Source: Obrimoposthia wandeli
Lineage: Eukaryota
NCBI GenBank assembly: GCA_977020255.1
Contig: CDROCS010000410.1
Span: 372,001 to 436,000 of the forward strand
Reading direction: 5' to 3'
Length of the DNA: 64,000 nucleotides
Shown here: positions 10,035 through 20,041 of the stretch, one piece after another
Numbering within the stretch: position 1 is the stretch's first letter
How the letters are laid out: each line of letters begins with the position of its first letter
Notes under the pieces: generated by a model
What the model saw: the letters and a program-made list of their open reading frames with translations, nothing else
Databases searched by the model: none
Told to the model about the DNA's origin: nothing
Translations under genes and position numbers: made by a program

Positions 10035-10090
10035 ATAACATCAACGCATTTATGATGTAATAATGACATCATAAAGGTTGTAGTTATTAC
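10029..10090. promoter_or_regulatory. Three NorR enhancer boxes (GT-N7-AC)
   Basis: GTttaaataAC 10029-10039, GTaataatgAC 10057-10067, GTagttattAC 10080-10090, each followed by atc. Confidence 0.85.
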
Positions 10091-10143
10091 ATCAAATATA
10101 ATATACAAAAATACAATAACCTTACATATCAACAAGATAAAAG

Positions 10144-10160
10144 TTGGCACGTTAGCTGCA
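10144..10160 (+). promoter_or_regulatory. sigma54 (-24/-12) promoter of hcp
   Basis: TTGGCACGTTAGCTGCA: GG at 10146-47 and GC at 10158-59, correct spacing. Confidence 0.88.
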
Positions 10161-10221
10161 GTATAGTTTGTGAGATCATCGTTAATTCGATATCAATCAT
10201 ATAATTATAATGGAGTTTCAA

Positions 10222-11886
10222 ATGTTCTGTATTCAATGTGAGCAAACGGTTCAAACACCTACAGCTAAAGGCTGTTCTTATACTCAAGGTATGTGTGGTA
10301 AAACGGCTGATGTTTCAGACCTACAAGACATACTAGTATTTAATCTTCAAGGTGTGTCTTTCTGGGCCGAACTAGCACGTAAATACGACATCATCGATGC
10401 TGAAATTGATGCTTGGGCACCACGTGCATTCTTCTCTACATTAACTAACGTCAACTTTGTTCCAGAACGTATTACTGAATACACTGAAATTGCTGAGCGT
10501 TACAAGATCCAATTAAGCACTCAAGTAATGGCAGCCGCTGCAGCAGCTGGCGATACATTACCTGCATTATCACCAGCAGCGCAGTTTGTATTGCCAAGCA
10601 CAGCTGAAGAAATCATGAACTTCGCACCTGAAGCAGCGGTTAACCGTGGTCATGAAGAATTACACGAAGACATTATTGGTCTACGTTTATTATGTCTTTA
10701 CGGCCTTAAAGGCGCTGCAGCATACATGGAACATGCCCATGTTCTAGGTCAAAGTGAAGAGTCTATCTGCGCTGAATACCACCAAATCATGGCATTCTTA
10801 GGTACTGAACCGACAGATGCCAATGCGTTACTTGAAACATCAATGCAAATTGGTTTATTAAACTACCGCATCATGGAAATTCTAGACCGTGGTGAAACTA
10901 ATACCTTTGGTCACCCACAACCAACACAAGTAAACGTGAAACCAGTTGCTGGTAAATGTATTCTTGTTTCGGGTCATGATTTACATGATTTAGAAAAAAT
11001 CTTGCAACAAACCGAAGGCAAAGGCATCAACGTTTACACTAATGGTGAAATGTTACCTGCTCACGGTTACCCTGAACTAAACAAATACCCACACTTAGTT
11101 GGTAACTTCGGTAGCGCTTGGCAGAATCAGCAAAAAGAATTTGCTAACTTCCCTGGCGCAATTGTGATGACATCTAACTGTCTAATCAATCCAAACGTAG
11201 GTCAATACGCAGACCGTCTATTCACACGTAGCATCGTGGGTTGGCCTGGTGTTGTACATATTGAAGGCGATGATTTCTCGCAAGTTATCGAATGTGCATT
11301 AGCACAAGACGGTATCGCGCACACAGAAATCGAGCACATGATCACGGTTGGTTTTGGTCGTAACGCGCTAATGGAAGCTGCTCCTGCAGTTATCAAAGAA
11401 GTTAAAGCGGGTAACATCAAGCACTTCTTCCTAATCGGTGGTTGTGACGGTGATAAAGAAGAGCGTAGCTACTTCACTGACATCGCTGTTAATACACCTA
11501 AAGATTCAGTGGTACTCACACTGGCTTGTGGTAAATACCGTTTCAATAAGAAAGAGTTTGGCGATATCAATGGTATCCCGCGTCTATTAGATGTTGGCCA
11601 ATGTAACGATACTTATTCTGCAATTCAATTAGTGTTAGCACTGGCTGAAGAGTTTGATTGTGGTGTGAATGAATTACCGCTAAGCATTGTTTTATCTTGG
11701 TTCGAGCAAAAAGCAATTGTGGTGTTATTAACGCTATTCGCTTTAGGTATCAAAGGTATTTATACCGGTCCTACTGCTCCTGCGTTCTTAACTGACAACT
11801 TGATTAAAGCGTTACAAGATAACTTTGATATGCGCAGTGTTGGCGATGCTGAAACTGACTTAGTGACGATGTTGTCTGGTAAGTAA
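10222..11886 (+). CDS. hcp: Hybrid cluster protein (hydroxylamine/NO reductase)
   Basis: MFCIQCEQT...[12 protein letters not shown]-terminal cluster motif; SGHD, GGCDG, GQCND, SWFEQKA. GGAG RBS before ATG 10222. Confidence 0.97.
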   Translation: MFCIQCEQTVQTPTAKGCSYTQGMCGKTADVSDLQDILVFNLQGVSFWAELARKYDIIDAEIDAWAPRAFFSTLTNVNFVPERITEYTEIAERYKIQLSTQVMAAAAAAGDTLPALSPAAQFVLPSTAEEIMNFAPEAAVNRGHEELHEDIIGLRLLCLYGLKGAAAYMEHAHVLGQSEESICAEYHQIMAFLGTEPTDANALLETSMQIGLLNYRIMEILDRGETNTFGHPQPTQVNVKPVAGKCILVSGHDLHDLEKILQQTEGKGINVYTNGEMLPAHGYPELNKYPHLVGNFGSAWQNQQKEFANFPGAIVMTSNCLINPNVGQYADRLFTRSIVGWPGVVHIEGDDFSQVIECALAQDGIAHTEIEHMITVGFGRNALMEAAPAVIKEVKAGNIKHFFLIGGCDGDKEERSYFTDIAVNTPKDSVVLTLACGKYRFNKKEFGDINGIPRLLDVGQCNDTYSAIQLVLALAEEFDCGVNELPLSIVLSWFEQKAIVVLLTLFALGIKGIYTGPTAPAFLTDNLIKALQDNFDMRSVGDAETDLVTMLSGK

Positions 11887-11921
11887 TATTGACTGGTAAG
11901 TAATGTTAGCGAGTAAATAAC
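11876..11921. repeat. Degenerate 17-nt tandem repeat x3 starting in the last hcp codons
   Basis: ctggtaagtaat at 11876 and 11893, cgagtaaataac at 11910. Confidence 0.65.
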
Positions 11922-11929
11922 ACTTGTTG

Positions 11930-11964
11930 ATCAATGCGGTAATATTCCGATATTCCGCATTGAT
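11930..11964. terminator. Intercistronic hairpin between hcp and hcr
   Basis: atcaatgcgg...ccgcattgat, 10-bp perfect inverted repeat; no strong U-tail on + so may be a stabiliser or attenuator. Confidence 0.5.
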
Positions 11965-12044
11965 TAAAAGCCGTACAAGTTCAAATACACGCCTCTATCT
12001 AAACATTTCAAAACCTTTAATTATTACAGCCATAGGTGCAACTC

Positions 12045-13460
12045 ATGTCTTCTTCAAAAACGCCTTCATCTACGCTTACTCCGCCAACACTTAAGCCCCT
12101 AGAACTAAACAGCACAGGCTTAGGTCAATCAACGACGAGCAAAGAAAAACCTGCGCCTGTAAGCAGTAAACTACAAGCTCCCAAGCTTAGCTTTTCTCTT
12201 GGTGGCTCTGGTAACCATAGTTCAAATAACAGTTCAAAAAACACAGCTAAATCAGCGACGGCTAAGTTAACGCCCCCTAAGCTTAGCTTTGCACTGGGCG
12301 GTAGTAAGTCGACGAGTGCTTCCAAGCTTGCCACACCAAAGCTGAGTTTTTCACTTGGTGAAACGGTAGCTAAACCAAGCATAAAGTCGACGACATGGTC
12401 ACCGACTACAACGTCATTAGTATTGGTAAAGCGTGAATTAGAAACGCATGACTCAATGAGCTTTACCTTTGCGGCAGCAGACCAAACCTTATTTGATTTT
12501 AAACCGGGTCAATTCGTGACATTAGCGGTAGAAATCGACGGTAAAACCCATTATCGCGCGTATTCAATTAGCTCTGTGCCACAGCAAAAACAATTACGTT
12601 TAACCATTAAGCGTGTACCTGACGGCTTAGTATCGAACTGGTTAGCGGATAACTTAGCTATCGGTGATAACTTATCGGCATTAAACATTGCCGGCCAATT
12701 CAATAGCAGCGATTGCCAACACAAAGCAAAACTGCTTTTGGTTAGCGCAGGTTGTGGTATCACCCCTGTCATGTCGATTGCTAAAACATTATTAGCGCAA
12801 GATAGCGACGCTGACATTGAGTTCTTACATTGCGCCCGAGACAAAGACAACGTTATCTTCCATGCTGAAATGCAGACGTTAATCGCTCAACACAGCAATT
12901 TCAAAGTACAATTATTACTAGAAAACAGTGATGGTTTTGCTACTTTCAGTCGTGAAAACAACAGTAACGCGTTAGCACATCAAACAGGCATGGTGAGTAA
13001 AGACGTTATTCAGCAGTTATATCCAGATTTACAAGATCGCACTATCTTCTTGTGTGGTCCTGTTGGCTTTATGAAAGCAGTAGAGAATATCGCTCAAGAA
13101 AGTGATTTTGACATGGCGAACTTCTTCCAAGAAAGCTTTACGCCAGCAGCAGACAACAAGCAGCAAGATAACATTACCTCCGGCGCATCAACAGCCAGTG
13201 TCATGTTGTACGTACCCGACTTTGCTGTAGAGAAAGAAGTTGCACAAGGTTCATCACTATTAGAGTTGTTAGAAAACAATGGCGTGCCGATTATCGGTGC
13301 TTGTCGTGCGGGTGTTTGCGGATCATGTAAGTGTAAAGTCACGAGCGGTGAAGTGAAGTCCACCAGCAGTGAAACGCTTACCGCAGCAGAAATTGAACAA
13401 GGGTTTGTATTAGCTTGTTCAAGTACAGTTGAAGGTGATGTGACTGTAGCACTCAGCTAG
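12045..13460 (+). CDS. hcr: NADH oxidoreductase Hcr (FAD/NAD-binding + 2Fe-2S) with N-terminal repeat extension
   Basis: FKPGQF, RAYSISS, SAGCGITP, CGPVGFM, and C-terminal CRAGVCGSC...C; follows hcp. Confidence 0.9.
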   Translation: MSSSKTPSSTLTPPTLKPLELNSTGLGQSTTSKEKPAPVSSKLQAPKLSFSLGGSGNHSSNNSSKNTAKSATAKLTPPKLSFALGGSKSTSASKLATPKLSFSLGETVAKPSIKSTTWSPTTTSLVLVKRELETHDSMSFTFAAADQTLFDFKPGQFVTLAVEIDGKTHYRAYSISSVPQQKQLRLTIKRVPDGLVSNWLADNLAIGDNLSALNIAGQFNSSDCQHKAKLLLVSAGCGITPVMSIAKTLLAQDSDADIEFLHCARDKDNVIFHAEMQTLIAQHSNFKVQLLLENSDGFATFSRENNSNALAHQTGMVSKDVIQQLYPDLQDRTIFLCGPVGFMKAVENIAQESDFDMANFFQESFTPAADNKQQDNITSGASTASVMLYVPDFAVEKEVAQGSSLLELLENNGVPIIGACRAGVCGSCKCKVTSGEVKSTSSETLTAAEIEQGFVLACSSTVEGDVTVALS

Positions 13461-13526
13461 TAAAACCAATGCGTGAGATAATTGAAATAAATAGGAAGGT
13501 TACGTTATAGGTAACCGTTTTCAGCA

Positions 13527-14408
13527 CTAATAGCCTAATTCGAGCATTGATTTAGACAAAAATTCGATTACACATTTCACTTTCGGCGATAATTGTCGAT
13601 TGTATGGATACAGAGCCCATATCCCATCTTTTGGTGGTTTGTACGAATCCAGCAAGGGGATTAGATCACCAGAATCTATGTATTTATTAACATATGAGTC
13701 CGGTAGTTGCGTGATCCCCATGCCTTGCAAAACAGCATTTTGAAGAGCCAGTCCACTATTCACCTTGAGTGTTCCTGCTGGCTTAACGTTTATTTGTTTA
13801 CCCTCAGACATAAATTGCCAACTTTGATGTAATCGACTCAAGCAGTTATGCTCTGATAGCTGTTCCAGTGTCTCAGGGAAACCGTGTTTTTTCGTATAAT
13901 CAGGTGATGCGACTAAAACTAATTGTCTCTCAGATAATTTTTTTGCAATCATATTCGAGTTCCCCAAAGTACCTACCCTAATTGCAAGATCGAACCCACT
14001 CGAAAGTAAGTCTTCAGCTTGATCGCTAAGTTGTAACCATAACTTTAACTGTGGGTTTTTTATTAAGAACTGGTTCATTAAGGGACTAATCACTTGCTCA
14101 CCAAGCACAATTGGAGCTGTCATTCTCAGCAATCCTTGTGGTGAACCTTGTAATTCACTGATGGCATTTTGCGCATCTTTTATACCATCGAGAAGTTGTC
14201 GACAGTGTCGGTAGTAGATTTCACCAGCTTCAGTGAGCGTTACTTGACGAGTCGTACGATAAAATAGCTTAGCATCTAGACGGGCTTCTAGTGCGCTAAT
14301 CTGCCTGCTCACCTGAGCAGATGAGAGATTCAAACGCTCTGCTGCGAGTTTAAAACTGAGCGTTTCAGCTAATGCCACACACTCTTCGGTCCCTTGCCAG
14401 TTCTGCAT
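13527..14408 (-). CDS. LysR-family regulator
   Basis: N-terminal HTH (SFKLAAERLNLSSAQVSRQISALE...RTTRQVTLTEAG) and substrate-binding domain. Confidence 0.92.
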   Translation of the reverse strand: MQNWQGTEECVALAETLSFKLAAERLNLSSAQVSRQISALEARLDAKLFYRTTRQVTLTEAGEIYYRHCRQLLDGIKDAQNAISELQGSPQGLLRMTAPIVLGEQVISPLMNQFLIKNPQLKLWLQLSDQAEDLLSSGFDLAIRVGTLGNSNMIAKKLSERQLVLVASPDYTKKHGFPETLEQLSEHNCLSRLHQSWQFMSEGKQINVKPAGTLKVNSGLALQNAVLQGMGITQLPDSYVNKYIDSGDLIPLLDSYKPPKDGIWALYPYNRQLSPKVKCVIEFLSKSMLELGY

Positions 14409-14518
14409 TCTTACCTCAAACGTAATTCTGTAGTTACATATCGTCCATTGTTATTCAATTAGGAATTAATACAATAGCTGTACTTAATTAAATCAAAATT
14501 TCTGTAGGAGTTTCATTA

Positions 14519-14932
14519 ATGACCGAAAATAATGCTGCGCTGATAACCTCATATCGTCACTTTTTAAAAAATAAGCATTACGAGAATGCAATAGCGTTAA
14601 TAGCAGATAAAGCTATTTGGGAATCCGATAATGCGGGTGGTTCTTGGAGTGGTAAACATAAAGGGAAAGCGGAAATACTGAATCACTTCAAATGTATTAC
14701 TCAAGAAACGCAATTAATTAGCTGGGAGAGCAAAAGTATATTTCCTTACTGTAAAAATACAGTAGTTGAAACAGCCTATCTAAAGTTTAAATTTTTAAAA
14801 ACTGGTGAAATCTATGAATCAGACGCGGTCTGTTTATATGAAATAGAAAACGAGCAAATTGTTCATTACAAGATATATGAAGATGAGCAAAAATTAATTA
14901 ACTGCTATCAACGCGTATTATTAAAACAATAA
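14519..14932 (+). CDS. SnoaL/NTF2-like protein
   Basis: 137 aa; A.W...G...G.H.GK..I pattern and C-terminal IVHYKIYED; divergent from LysR. Confidence 0.7.
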   Translation: MTENNAALITSYRHFLKNKHYENAIALIADKAIWESDNAGGSWSGKHKGKAEILNHFKCITQETQLISWESKSIFPYCKNTVVETAYLKFKFLKTGEIYESDAVCLYEIENEQIVHYKIYEDEQKLINCYQRVLLKQ

Positions 14933-15143
14933 CTCACTTTTTACTTTCGAAAGGCACCATGAAAATGATGCCTTTCAATTTTCAGGCAAAGTTATGCATT
15001 AATCCATCGCGCTTAAGAACAAGCCTGTCACGAAACCCGCGCGCAGAGTCTTCATACTAAAGTGGTATGGCGAGTTTGACGAAAAACACTTTTTTTATTT
15101 GTCGAAATGCCTATATTGGCATTTCATTTTATATAGGTAGTTT

Positions 15144-16346
15144 ATGAGTTTTAAAGTTATTGACATCAAATATACGCCACCCTTGTATATTCTCATTTTC
15201 GTGTATGGATTTGCTTCCTTTGTTTCAGTATTTCTTGCTCCATCATTGCCTCAAATATCACAAGTGTTCAATGTGTCTTTAGAAAAATCGGTCGACGTGA
15301 TGTCTATTTTTTTAATCGGCTATGCATTTGCGCAACTTTTTTTTGGGCCGCTATCAAATCATTATGGTCGAAAAAATGCGGCTTTAATTGGAGTTACAAT
15401 CGCGCTAATCGGCAGTGTAATCCAATTATTTTCCGTCTATTACGCTAACTTTAGTTTGTTGATTCTAGGGCGGTTCGTTAATGCATTTGGAGCGGCATCT
15501 GGTCTCGTCATTGGGTTAACCATCGTCTCAGATATATTCAAAGGAAGTAATGCCCGACGCGTTATGGCTACCCTGACTTTAATGCAGGCATTTCTTCCTG
15601 GATTAGCTATTTTTATTGGTGGTTCATTAACACAATGGTTTGATTTGAAAGTCTCTTTTTACTTCCTCGCACTGTATAATTTACTGGTACTTTGCTGTGT
15701 CTTTATGTTGAGTGAGACGCTGCCAATTGAACAGTATCAAAAAATACAGCCTAAGAGAATAATCTATGGTTATGCGAAATCTTTAATACAACCAGGATTC
15801 TTTAGCTACGCTAGCTTGATGTGTGTGGCATCGTCTTCAATCTACATTTTTAATTCGTTCGCCCCGATTGTCGCTCATAATGAAGTAAATATTGGCCCTC
15901 AAACTTTTGGCCAATTAAGTTTTATTAATTCACTTGGGTTATTTATTGGCGCCATTATTGTAAATAAATTAAGCCATAAATTAGCTGGGAAGGTATTTCT
16001 GCTTTATGGCGTGAGCTTAATAATTACGTCTTCTTTGATTCTGTATGCATTTATTTATTTTAATATTATTAATGCCTATACGATCTTTTCTTCGTCATTC
16101 GTTTTATTTTTTGGTATCGCATTTGTACTTCCAAACGGTTCAATGATGGCCTTGTCTAATGTAGATAACAGTGCTTTATCTGCTGGTATGTTGTCATTTT
16201 TAACGCTGCTATCAGGCGCTTCGGCAGTATTCATTTCTGGCTTTCACATTGAAAATAACGCATTAACCTTACCTTCAACAATCATTCTTACCGCTATGAT
16301 TGGGGTTATATTATTTGTTATTACCAAGTCTAAGAACGATGATTAA
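15144..16346 (+). CDS. MFS efflux transporter (Bcr/CflA-like)
   Basis: About 12 TM segments; FGPLSNHYGRK motif A, GRFVNAFG, and LAPSLPQISQVF. Confidence 0.85.
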   Translation: MSFKVIDIKYTPPLYILIFVYGFASFVSVFLAPSLPQISQVFNVSLEKSVDVMSIFLIGYAFAQLFFGPLSNHYGRKNAALIGVTIALIGSVIQLFSVYYANFSLLILGRFVNAFGAASGLVIGLTIVSDIFKGSNARRVMATLTLMQAFLPGLAIFIGGSLTQWFDLKVSFYFLALYNLLVLCCVFMLSETLPIEQYQKIQPKRIIYGYAKSLIQPGFFSYASLMCVASSSIYIFNSFAPIVAHNEVNIGPQTFGQLSFINSLGLFIGAIIVNKLSHKLAGKVFLLYGVSLIITSSLILYAFIYFNIINAYTIFSSSFVLFFGIAFVLPNGSMMALSNVDNSALSAGMLSFLTLLSGASAVFISGFHIENNALTLPSTIILTAMIGVILFVITKSKNDD

Positions 16347-16491
16347 ATCAACTCTGCAAAATAATGTAATGGTTAAAGAAATCGATTCAAGGAATATCGT
16401 GGCCATGCGGCAATAACGGTATCGCCGTTATTGCACTGGCCCCCGATAAGTCTGCTACTATTAATAGGAGATTCTGTAGAGGATAAACTCA

Positions 16492-16932
16492 ATGAATTAT
16501 AAACATATATTAGTTGCTGTCGATTTAACGAACCCCAGTGAAATAGTGATGGCTAAAGCGACCTCACTCGCCAGAGAGGCTAATGCTAAGCTTTCACTTA
16601 TTTATGTGAGTTCGCATCATTTGAAAGTGTCGGCTCCCGGGGGTATTCCATGGTTAGCGTCGCATGACATCGAAGATACAGACACAGACGAAAAAGAACA
16701 GGAACACTACCAAACAGAGCTTAACGCATTAGCTGAACAGCTTGATTACCCCGTTGAAAATAGGTTGGTTTTAATGGGTGAGTTGGACGTGGAATTAACA
16801 ATAGCTATCCATCAATTAGAAGCTGATCTATTAGTGTGTGGACACCACCATGATTTATGGAGTCGGTTATTATCTTCAATACGAAAAATTGCTAACGCCG
16901 TCGACACTGATTTACTAATTGTTTATCTTTAA
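16492..16932 (+). CDS. Universal stress protein (UspA family)
   Basis: YKHILVAVDL N-terminus, DLLVCGHH and DLLIV C-terminus. Confidence 0.9.
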   Translation: MNYKHILVAVDLTNPSEIVMAKATSLAREANAKLSLIYVSSHHLKVSAPGGIPWLASHDIEDTDTDEKEQEHYQTELNALAEQLDYPVENRLVLMGELDVELTIAIHQLEADLLVCGHHHDLWSRLLSSIRKIANAVDTDLLIVYL

Positions 16933-17048
16933 AAAAATCAGATTGCCAATGCTACTTACCATCAGCTAATCAACTTATGGTAAGTAATTAATACCTCACA
17001 AACATCGAGTTAAGCACTGTATTTCACGGCGATTAACTCAGTGAGAGA

Positions 17049-17840
17049 TTAGCTTTTTTTATTAAATCGGTAGCTTTGGATCTTGGTTTCTTGACCATCA
17101 ACAATTGCGTAAGTATCTAAGAACCATACTTTAGTACCTGCAAAGCCAAGTTGTAAGTGAAAGTCTCGCCCTGCGATGCTTTTGTCAAACAAGGCATCAT
17201 TGTTTGTTGGATAGAAGTTATAACGATTTAAAGCGGGTTGGTACTCCCCTGAAAAATGCACTTCTTGATTATTTTTTTCATTATGGATCACTGCACTGTA
17301 GCCATCCGTTGGATCGTATGAAAATTTGGTTGTTAAATTAATATCAACCGCAGCACCATCCAACTCAACTTGGTTAATTGTAATTTGTGCTTGCGTTGTT
17401 TTAACCAGTTCACCGTTTGCATTGGCAGTCGCTGTGGCAGGTTTATCAGCATATCGACCAGAAATGCTTACATCCCATTCGCCCATAAAGTTATTTAACT
17501 CTTTCCAATTACCTTCTACACTTTCTGTATTGGCACTATTTTGATTACCTACACTCGAAATTGCCTCATCTCTACTATCACTACGTGTCGTCTCTCGATT
17601 ATTCGCTAAGTCTACCGTTGACCCAGCAACACCTCCAGCGACACCACCAGCAACGGCACCTTTAGCTGCAAGTTCAGCATCACCAGTTAGCGCACCAAGC
17701 GTTAACCCCAGTAAAGCACCACCGATTGCACCTGTTTTAGTCGCCGCGTGTTTATCATCATGATCAACCGAAGAACATCCAGTTACTGCTAATGATAATA
17801 CGACGATAATACTTGCTGGTTTTAGTAATGAGTTTTTCAA
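17049..17840 (-). CDS. Lipoprotein with glycine-zipper
   Basis: Lipobox VTG-C; GAIGGALLG...GAVAGGVAGGVAG; beta-rich C-terminal domain. Confidence 0.75.
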   Translation of the reverse strand: MKNSLLKPASIIVVLSLAVTGCSSVDHDDKHAATKTGAIGGALLGLTLGALTGDAELAAKGAVAGGVAGGVAGSTVDLANNRETTRSDSRDEAISSVGNQNSANTESVEGNWKELNNFMGEWDVSISGRYADKPATATANANGELVKTTQAQITINQVELDGAAVDINLTTKFSYDPTDGYSAVIHNEKNNQEVHFSGEYQPALNRYNFYPTNNDALFDKSIAGRDFHLQLGFAGTKVWFLDTYAIVDGQETKIQSYRFNKKS

Positions 17841-18193
17841 AATAATAGCCTCTCAATGAGTGTTAAAACACATCATCTTGTTGATGAGGCGTTTTGTTGG
17901 AGCCATTATTATGTAAAAACGTAAATGGGAATAGTGAGGCATGCTTATAGTTTACATAAACATACTTTATAGTAAGAAATTACTCATTGTTTATTATGAT
18001 AAAGCTATAAATGAGGGCATCTAAGATTATGCTATTAATATGCTAAATAGTTTGCCTAAGTTAAAGTGCTAGATCAATTCAGCATAATAAAAAGCGCTAC
18101 AGCCCCCACTTTTATGGACGTCATTTCACAACCGCAATAGATAACATTCCCCCCACTTTGTTCTATTAATTTCTGATTATTTAAAAATGCCCC

Positions 18194-18224
18194 TTGACCT
18201 GTCTAAGGCTTCATAGTTTATAGT
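18194..18224 (+). promoter_or_regulatory. MerR-type promoter with 19-bp spacer
   Basis: TTGACC 18194-99, 19-nt spacer, TATAGT 18219-24, directly upstream of the MerR-domain gene. Confidence 0.7.
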
Positions 18225-18249
18225 CTATCTATCAACGAGGGGGAATCGA

Positions 18250-19467
18250 ATGTATAAAATTTCTGAATTAGCGCAAAAAGTTAACTTAAGCCGTACGACT
18301 TTGCTTTATTACGAAAAGCTTGGGTTAATTTCATCTAAACGACAAGCGAATGGCTACCGAAGCTATTCCGAGTTCGATCTCCAGCGCGTTAAATTGTTAC
18401 AACAATTACAGGCCGGTGGATTGTCGCTTAAAGAATGCCAAGCATGCCTTGAAGCCAAAATTAATCGTGAGCAATTACTGCAGCGACTACAAACGTTGGA
18501 TGAAGATATAGTCCAAAAGCAGAAATCGAGAGAACTGCTTTCGTCAATGTTAGGCATGAGTTCAATGCGAGATTGGCACCAAGCGACAGATAAACACGCG
18601 CCATCAGCCCACTTAGATTGGTTAATGACGCAGGGATTCAGTGAAAAACAAGCGTTAAGGTTAAAATGGTTATCAAAAGATATGAATAATCATGAGCAAT
18701 ATATGCGTGAATTTGAGTTCATCTTTGATGGATTAGACAGACTCGGTCCAAGCTCTACAGATGATGCAATAAAGGCACTCAGTAGCATCCCTGTTAAAGC
18801 AGGTGAACTGTTGGAAATTGGTTGTGGTAAAGGCGTGACGACAATCGCCCTCGCTGAACATACCCAATTTGCTATTACTGGGTTAGATAATGATGAATAT
18901 AATCTGAGTTGCTTAAAAGAACATTTAGGACCGCAGCTATCCCTTAATAAATCATCGTCATCACAACTATCTCCACAAGAACCTTTACTAGAACAAATAG
19001 AACTGATTTGTGCCAGCATGACTGATATGCCTTTTTCAGATCAACAATTTGACGTTATCTGGTCTGAAGGCAGCGCTTATATCATGGGGGTTAAGCAGGC
19101 ATTGGAAAGCTGGAAACCCTTTATTAAACAAGACGGGTATTTAGTGGTTAGTGACTTAGTCTGGTTAACGGACTCACCCGATGATGAAGTTCAACAGTTC
19201 TGGCTAGACGCTTATCCTGACATGACCAGCGTTGCCAATCGACAGCAAATGATAGAAGACGCGGGTTATCAGGTGATTGATAGTTATACCTTGAGTCAAG
19301 CATCTTGGGACAACTACTTGCAGCCTTTACAGCAAAAGGTTGCTCAGTTAGCAGACCATGTTTTTGTATCCCCTGCTTTTGCAGATTTACAAAAAGAGTT
19401 AACAATTCACAGACAGTATTTAGGCCAGTATGGCTATCAAATGTTTGTACTTAAACTTAGAAATTAA
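18250..19467 (+). CDS. MerR HTH - class I SAM methyltransferase fusion
   Basis: YKISELA...TLLYYEKLGLI...NGYRSY; LLEIGCGKG and FDVIWSEG. Confidence 0.88.
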   Translation: MYKISELAQKVNLSRTTLLYYEKLGLISSKRQANGYRSYSEFDLQRVKLLQQLQAGGLSLKECQACLEAKINREQLLQRLQTLDEDIVQKQKSRELLSSMLGMSSMRDWHQATDKHAPSAHLDWLMTQGFSEKQALRLKWLSKDMNNHEQYMREFEFIFDGLDRLGPSSTDDAIKALSSIPVKAGELLEIGCGKGVTTIALAEHTQFAITGLDNDEYNLSCLKEHLGPQLSLNKSSSSQLSPQEPLLEQIELICASMTDMPFSDQQFDVIWSEGSAYIMGVKQALESWKPFIKQDGYLVVSDLVWLTDSPDDEVQQFWLDAYPDMTSVANRQQMIEDAGYQVIDSYTLSQASWDNYLQPLQQKVAQLADHVFVSPAFADLQKELTIHRQYLGQYGYQMFVLKLRN

Positions 19468-19486
19468 AGTAAAAATGAGAATAACA

Positions 19487-20041
19487 ATGACTATTAATAT
19501 GACAATCAGAACAGAAACAACAGCAGATCATAACGCAATAGAAACCTTAACTTACCGTGCCTTTGAGAATCACCCACACCATGCTCCCGGCGCAAAACCG
19601 ACCGAGCATCTTATTATTAATAAGTTACGTGATGCTGGCGTATTGACGGTATCTTTAGTGGCTGAAGATGACACAGGTATTATTGGCCATATCGCCCTCT
19701 CTCCTGTCGCGATTAATGGTGTTACGACTAATTGGTATGGACTTGGACCAGTAGCCGTTGCCCCAGAGCGCCAAGGTGAAGGGATTGGTCGCCAACTTAT
19801 CGAAGCTAGTTTAACAGCAATAAAGTCCCAACATGCAGCTGGTGTCGTCTTACTGGGTGAACCTGAGTATTACGGTCGCTTTGGTTTCGAAACCCATGCA
19901 AACTTAACGCTTGAAGGTGTGCCACCTGAATACTTCATGATTAAGTCATTATGTGATGATGACTGCTCGACGACAGGCAAGGCGACCGCAGACAAAGCAG
20001 TACCTGTGGGTGAAGTCACTTACCATGTTGCATTTAGTTAG
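19487..20041 (+). CDS. GNAT N-acetyltransferase (YhbS-like); start uncertain (19475-19499)
   Basis: IRTET..D, LGPVAVAPERQGEGIG, LLGEPEYYGRFGF. Confidence 0.88.
   Translation: MTINMTIRTETTADHNAIETLTYRAFENHPHHAPGAKPTEHLIINKLRDAGVLTVSLVAEDDTGIIGHIALSPVAINGVTTNWYGLGPVAVAPERQGEGIGRQLIEASLTAIKSQHAAGVVLLGEPEYYGRFGFETHANLTLEGVPPEYFMIKSLCDDDCSTTGKATADKAVPVGEVTYHVAFS

Noticed and set aside
14980-15075. Riboswitch or IS end upstream of the MFS gene
   Set aside because: Slightly GC-rich with caggc/gcctg pairing, but I could not recognise any aptamer or terminal-repeat consensus.
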